A stretch of 64,000 nucleotides of DNA. It comes from a virus. This document shows, piece by piece, positions 60,301 through 64,000 of this stretch (the first letter of the stretch is position 1; every line of letters begins with the position of its first letter). Under the pieces are notes generated by a model, which was given only the letters and a program-made list of their open reading frames with translations, ran no database searches and was not told the DNA's origin. The stretch covers positions 13,235-77,234 of the IMG/VR virus record IMGVR_UViG_3300023184_000086; one strand, 5' to 3'. The translations under genes and the position numbers were made by a program.

Positions 60301-61983
60301 AGTTGAATCGGTGTTATTTGTAATTCGTATGGTGTTATTAGTTGTAGCACCACGATTAGTAACGCTTTGTAATGTACTAGTTGTCCATACAGTTATAGTT
60401 CCAGTACTGCTACTAACTACTGTGTCTGTGCCTGCTGTTAATGTTTGTACACCTAAGTTAACTACAGTAAAACTTGTTTGTGTTCCTGTAGATACTACAT
60501 TCTCAACACCAATATAAGTTGACCCACTCGGAAGTACTGCTGTTACTACTCTATTGCCGTTGTCATATATAGAGGGTGCGTTTATGTTTCCAATAACATC
60601 TAAGTTACTATCTATGTAGATATTGGTTAAAGTGCTATCAATCGTACTAATTGTAGTACCATCTATAGTTAAATCACCTAGATATGTACTAACTGGTGGA
60701 ACTATACTTGGACTTAGATCAACCCAATTATCATTATATTTGATGTAAGCACGGCCGTCTTCTGAATTAAACCATAGTTGTCCATTTTGTCTATTAGGAG
60801 CAGCGTCTGTAGTTGGTATAAAAACTAGTGATCCATTAGCATTTTTAACATCACCTGCTACAAATAAATCCTTACCAACGCTAACACCACCTGCAATTTG
60901 TAAGGCACCTGTAGTAGTATTAGTAATATTAATAGCATTACTGGTTGTAGATCCACTATCGGTAACAAGTTGTAATGTTGTGGATATTTTGCCATCTAAT
61001 GCTACCTCGATACCCTTACCAATTTTAACTCCGCCTAATGTACTTGTAGTAGCAGGAAGTAATGCAGTTTGTGGATTTGCATCGACCCAATTATTATCAA
61101 ACCAAATGTAAGATCTACCACTAATAGTATCATACCATAATGTATTTGGTCCCGGGTCAATTGGTGCTGTACTACTTATGATTACATTTGATGTAGCATT
61201 TAATGTACCGTCTCTATCAATGGATAGATAGCGTCCTACTTTGATGCCACCTAATGTAGAAGTGGTAGCAGGAATTAATGCAGTTTGAGGACTTGCATCG
61301 ATCCAACTGCTATCAAACCAAACATATAATCTACCACTAACTGTATCATACCATAGTGTGTTAGGGCCTGGATCAACAGGTTCTATGTCACTTAATATAA
61401 CATTTGATGTAGCACTTAATGTACCGTCTATGCCAATAGATAGATAACGTCCTACCTTTATACCACCTATTGTGCTGGTAGTAGCAGTAGGTAATACATA
61501 TGTTGTTTGAGGACTTGCATCAATCCAATTATTGTCAAACCAAACATACATTCTGCCACTAACAGTGTCATACCACAGTGAGCCTACAGTTGGGTTTAAT
61601 GGTGGATTATCGCTTAGTCTAACACTAGCGGTAGCACTTAATGTACCATCAGCGGATATAGATAAATTTTCACCTACTTTGATACCACCGAGAGTACTGA
61701 TAGTTGCTGTTGTTAACGTATATGTAGTACTAGTGTTAACAGATATAGTACCGTCGGGGCTTACGTTAATCCCAACACCTATTCTAACACCGCCAAGTCT
61801 AGTTACTGTTGCAGTATGCAGAACATAACCGCCACCGGATCCTAATGGTATACCGCCCGGGTTACCGTCGTGTAGACGCATCTCCCCAGTTTCTTCATCA
61901 TACCATATTGTACCTTGGGTACCAATAAAAGTATCAATAGTCTGGGTTATTACCCTACCAGCTTCTATCTTTTTAATAGGCAT
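57373..61983 (-). CDS. Thr-rich fibre protein with LGG.K.G, LWYD/WFNS and collagen-like repeats
   Basis: Three LWYDT.SGR.Y.W units, three NGQ.WFNS.DGRAYIKY units, and modules shared with 41011-49038. Confidence 0.85.
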   Translation of the reverse strand: MPIKKIEAGRVITQTIDTFIGTQGTIWYDEETGEMRLHDGNPGGIPLGSGGGYVLHTATVTRLGGVRIGVGINVSPDGTISVNTSTTYTLTTATISTLGGIKVGENLSISADGTLSATASVRLSDNPPLNPTVGSLWYDTVSGRMYVWFDNNWIDASPQTTYVLPTATTSTIGGIKVGRYLSIGIDGTLSATSNVILSDIEPVDPGPNTLWYDTVSGRLYVWFDSSWIDASPQTALIPATTSTLGGIKVGRYLSIDRDGTLNATSNVIISSTAPIDPGPNTLWYDTISGRSYIWFDNNWVDANPQTALLPATTSTLGGVKIGKGIEVALDGKISTTLQLVTDSGSTTSNAINITNTTTGALQIAGGVSVGKDLFVAGDVKNANGSLVFIPTTDAAPNRQNGQLWFNSEDGRAYIKYNDNWVDLSPSIVPPVSTYLGDLTIDGTTISTIDSTLTNIYIDSNLDVIGNINAPSIYDNGNRVVTAVLPSGSTYIGVENVVSTGTQTSFTVVNLGVQTLTAGTDTVVSSSTGTITVWTTSTLQSVTNRGATTNNTIRITNNTDSTSTTTGGLIVSGGVGVGGDLYVGGKIVARELDIQYTTVTTTIVETDDIIKTSNTTNSTSTTTGALVVAGGVGIGGDVNIGGDIFINKDIRDINGSVIHIATTSTAPTRVNGQLWFNSDDGRAYIKYDGTWVDLSPTIVPPISTYLGDLTIDGTTISTIDSTLTNIYIDSILDVTGPIYTNNYLVSTLTNISSGIGIAVLRNNSGTVTVTNTGVLEIIAGVDTSISTATGVVIINNTSTLQSITNRGSTTSNAINITNTTTSALTVAGGVGINGDLYVGGDIRDINGSVIHIATTSTAPTRVNGQVWFNSEDGRAYIKYDNNWVDLSPSIVPPTSTYLGDLTIDGTTISTVDSTLTNIYIDSNLDVTGNITAPSIYDNGNRVVTAVLPSGSTYIGIENVISTGTQTSFTIVNRGLQTLTVGTDTAINTSTGEVTIWTTSTLQSVTNRGATTTNAISIVNTTISTSSTTGALVVSGGVGIGGDVWASGVLYAKDLGSPSNRIGKIYLEGQTIDLGGTLISTALDGGILIQKSNSDLEKLATSSLTLGTTGTDGVSLSVVDGILIIKSSTVNVAGLVTTGTVTATNIIVNGLTSSTSTTTGALIVAGGVGIGGSVYAGPIYDSDNRVITSVIASGSTYIGVTDLISTGTQTSFTIVNLGVQTLTAGTDTTVSSSTGTVTVWTTSTLQSVTDRGATTNNTISITNTTASTSTTTGALVVSGGVGIGGDLYISGEIVAQKFTVEYTTVTTTYLITDDIISTYNTTSSTSTTTGALVVAGGAGIGGDLYVNGDIYRNNISIGYGYTGSKGTDGVIGYNGSVGYTGSTGTQGEVGYTGSTGTQGEVGYTGSTGTQGEVGYTGSTGTQGEVGYTGSTGTQGEVGYTGSQGPGADQFLDTTSSVIFGNVTIGPGGVITFANGSIQSGRAPRMVVDQDFIDAPDYDAFFATLLPGDFYWSVAYSQIKILVDYGGYYDWQDLTVYSA
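57671..57850. repeat. 36-bp tandem repeat, 5 copies (encodes GYTGSTGTQGEV)
   Basis: Read directly. Confidence 0.9.
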
Positions 61984-62008
61984 CTGGGTCTTGCTCCCTT
62001 AGATGCCT

Positions 62009-62257
62009 TTAAGGCAACTGCTTAGTTTCTGGATCTACTTCGTCTTGTGTAAGATCTTTGATTATAGGACTAACTTTACCCGCTTCTGCTTTTTGTAGTT
62101 CTATTTGTTGTTGCAAAGGAGGTACCATAACTGGATCTTCTTTGGGAAGGCTTGGATCTATAGGAGCATCATTTTGACCCATATCAATTTCGGGTTTGCC
62201 GTCACCGTTGATCCGAATGTTTATGGGTATATTGATTGTGAATTCCCTTGCTCGCAT
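62009..62257 (-). CDS. Hypothetical protein (starts MRAREF)
   Basis: Coupled to the upstream gene; N-terminal M-R-x-x-E-F motif. Confidence 0.7.
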   Translation of the reverse strand: MRAREFTINIPINIRINGDGKPEIDMGQNDAPIDPSLPKEDPVMVPPLQQQIELQKAEAGKVSPIIKDLTQDEVDPETKQLP

Positions 62258-62258
62258 A

Positions 62259-62549
62259 TTAGGCTACCGGTGTAATTGAAATATATCCGCCGGTGCCTGC
62301 ACCTACTTGAACATAAGTAATCTTGTTTGTGTTTTCTAGAGAAAAATGTTCTGACCAATTAGGAGGAACTAAAATTCCCGTAGTTACTGTAGCAGTGGTA
62401 CTATTTCCAAAATTGATTGCGGCTGGTTGAGCGTGTGTCCCAACACGAACTTTACGAGGGGTACTACCGTTCCAATTTGTTACAGTGGTTGTTCCTGTTG
62501 TGGCACTTAATACTACTGTAATTGAATTACCTGTGGGTTTTGTTAACAT
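62259..62549 (-). CDS. Small beta-rich hypothetical virion protein
   Basis: SD AAGGA; TAAATA at 62593-62598. Confidence 0.7.
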   Translation of the reverse strand: MLTKPTGNSITVVLSATTGTTTVTNWNGSTPRKVRVGTHAQPAAINFGNSTTATVTTGILVPPNWSEHFSLENTNKITYVQVGAGTGGYISITPVA

Positions 62550-62604
62550 ATTTTTTTCCTTTTGGCGGGCCTGTGTTGTCCCTGCACATTATTATTTACC
62601 GTTT

Positions 62605-63333
62605 TTACGGAGTATAGTATACAAACTCTCCAGTAGTTGTATTGTACCAAACTTGCGATAATCCTGTAGTTGTAGTGACTGTTTTTAAGGGTTTAACAAC
62701 CATAGTGCCTGTAGTACCGGCTAATAATGAACCTGTACCATTAATAACAATACTATTAGCAGGTTGATTATAACGACCTGCATATGCACCAATAGCAACT
62801 GATCCAGCACCTTGACTGTTTTGGCCAGCATATTGACCTAAAGATACTCCCGAAGTGCTTTGATTTTGATATCCTGCACCATATCCAAGTGCTACTGCAC
62901 CAGTACCTTGGTTTGTAAGACCTGCATTTTGACCCACAGCAATAGCATGAGCAGCAGTATCTTTTATGGTAGTTCCATATAATAATGTTATAACACCATC
63001 AGCACTTAATCTAAATGTAGCGGTCCCATTGTATAATGTAGATGTAGTTACTGGGGTAATTCCAGTATATGCTGTTTGTTGTACGGTACCGTCAGCAAAT
63101 CTTATGGTTCCAGTGGAACTAAAAGTCCATGTGCCTGAATTCGTAGCAATAACAATATCAGTAGTAGATTGTGCATCTATCCTGTTATCATGATAGTAAA
63201 TTTGTCCTGTATTAAGATCTGTTTGTGTAGGGACTTCTCCCTGCCATTTAATACCGTCGTAAATGTAGGTAACGCTATTTGTACCAGTATATACTGTGCC
63301 AGTTGTTGCTGGACTTGGAAAGTTTAATTCCAT
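62605..63333 (-). CDS. Short fibre protein with YadA-head-like A.A.G..AG..NQ repeats
   Basis: NFP.P...G..Y....Y.YDG.KW N-terminus; four 14-aa repeats. Confidence 0.7.
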   Translation of the reverse strand: MELNFPSPATTGTVYTGTNSVTYIYDGIKWQGEVPTQTDLNTGQIYYHDNRIDAQSTTDIVIATNSGTWTFSSTGTIRFADGTVQQTAYTGITPVTTSTLYNGTATFRLSADGVITLLYGTTIKDTAAHAIAVGQNAGLTNQGTGAVALGYGAGYQNQSTSGVSLGQYAGQNSQGAGSVAIGAYAGRYNQPANSIVINGTGSLLAGTTGTMVVKPLKTVTTTTGLSQVWYNTTTGEFVYYTP

Positions 63334-63374
63334 TGCTAATCCTCAAATGTTCACTTGTGATGTATTTAGCGTTC

Positions 63375-64000
63375 TTACTTCTTTAGTGTCTTGACGTATT
63401 CTACAAATTTTACCTGTGCTTTGAATAATTTTTCAGTGTCACTACGTGCATCTGCACCGGTTCCGGGATCAATTATTAACTCAAGACTTAATGATTTTAC
63501 AAATTCTGGACTATTCAGCAATTTTGTCACAGCACGTTCAACTTCTCTTAATGTAGCAGTGTCTGTGGTGTTATTTGCAATTACCATAAAAAGAGGCTTA
63601 GGGGGCAAGTCTATACCAAGTTCCTTAAAAGTAGGTACATTTGGTATTAATTCATTTCTTTTAGGTGCTGTTATTGCCACTATATCAACTCTATTTTCAA
63701 ATTGAATTATACTGGCAAGATTGACCCATATAGCATCAACGTGCCCACCTATGATCTGAGTGATCATTTCACCACTACCCTTGTAGTAAATGTCAGTCCT
63801 TGGAAAACCCAGTTGATTACTAACCAACCAACTATAGTAATGATGGGCAGCACCCATGCCATTAACACCTACATTTATGGGCAGTCCTCGATGATTACGC
63901 CAAGTGTCTATGTTTTTTAATGGACTACCCTTACGAACTGCTAATACCAATCCTTGTGTGTATCCAATTTGTACAATATACTTAAAATCGTTGATATCTA
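63375..64000 (-). CDS. Second Bug/TctC substrate-binding protein (5' end outside window)
   Basis: Frame is open to the window edge (DINDFKYIVQIG..LVLAVRKGSP); YKGSGE.....IGGHVD and R....PNVPTFKELG motifs. Confidence 0.88.
   Translation of the reverse strand, partial: DINDFKYIVQIGYTQGLVLAVRKGSPLKNIDTWRNHRGLPINVGVNGMGAAHHYYSWLVSNQLGFPRTDIYYKGSGEMITQIIGGHVDAIWVNLASIIQFENRVDIVAITAPKRNELIPNVPTFKELGIDLPPKPLFMVIANNTTDTATLREVERAVTKLLNSPEFVKSLSLELIIDPGTGADARSDTEKLFKAQVKFVEYVKTLKK

Noticed and set aside
20152-63193. Many plus-strand and alternate-frame ORFs (Val/Pro-rich) within the fibre genes
   Set aside because: Antisense or frame shadows of repetitive Thr/Gly codons; no RBS or promoter support.
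1-64000. Stop-codon reassignment
   Set aside because: Long, tightly packed ORFs under code 11; TAA, TAG and TGA each end genes at plausible boundaries.

Overview
AT-rich segment of a large (probably jumbo) tailed dsDNA phage genome with T4-like late promoters (TAAATA/TATAAATA just upstream of most genes). Nearly all genes are on the minus strand and use the standard genetic code. The host is plausibly a Betaproteobacterium (inferred from two Bug/TctC genes and a phasin-like module). Left to right: (1) class Ia ribonucleotide reductase alpha (nrdA), which runs off the left edge and is absent from the ORF track; (2) a beta-helix virion protein, a PD-(D/E)XK exonuclease and a block of probable head/core proteins (4.9-9.3 kb); (3) a small plus-strand operon (9.3-10.5 kb) with a PhaR-like operator inside a sigma70 promoter and phasin-like/DUF3563-like small proteins; (4) an accessory modification cluster (10.5-19.6 kb) with SAM methyltransferases, an HExxH protein, a 2OG-Fe(II)-type oxygenase, two sulfotransferase-like proteins, a Bug solute-binding protein, a secreted nuclease, a four-module glycosyltransferase-FkbM fusion and a SAM-V-riboswitch-like RNA at about 11.6 kb; (5) about 44 kb of contiguous Gly/Ser/Thr-rich fibre/adhesin genes with LamG, Ig-like and collagen-like G-X-T modules shuffled between genes; (6) a second, partial Bug gene. 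I saw no tRNA, CRISPR array, intron/intein or transposase. Best candidates for new biology: the SAM-V-like RNA, the PhaR-box/phasin-like operon, and a glycosylated collagen-like fibre coat. All family assignments are by eye from motifs, not from database searches.
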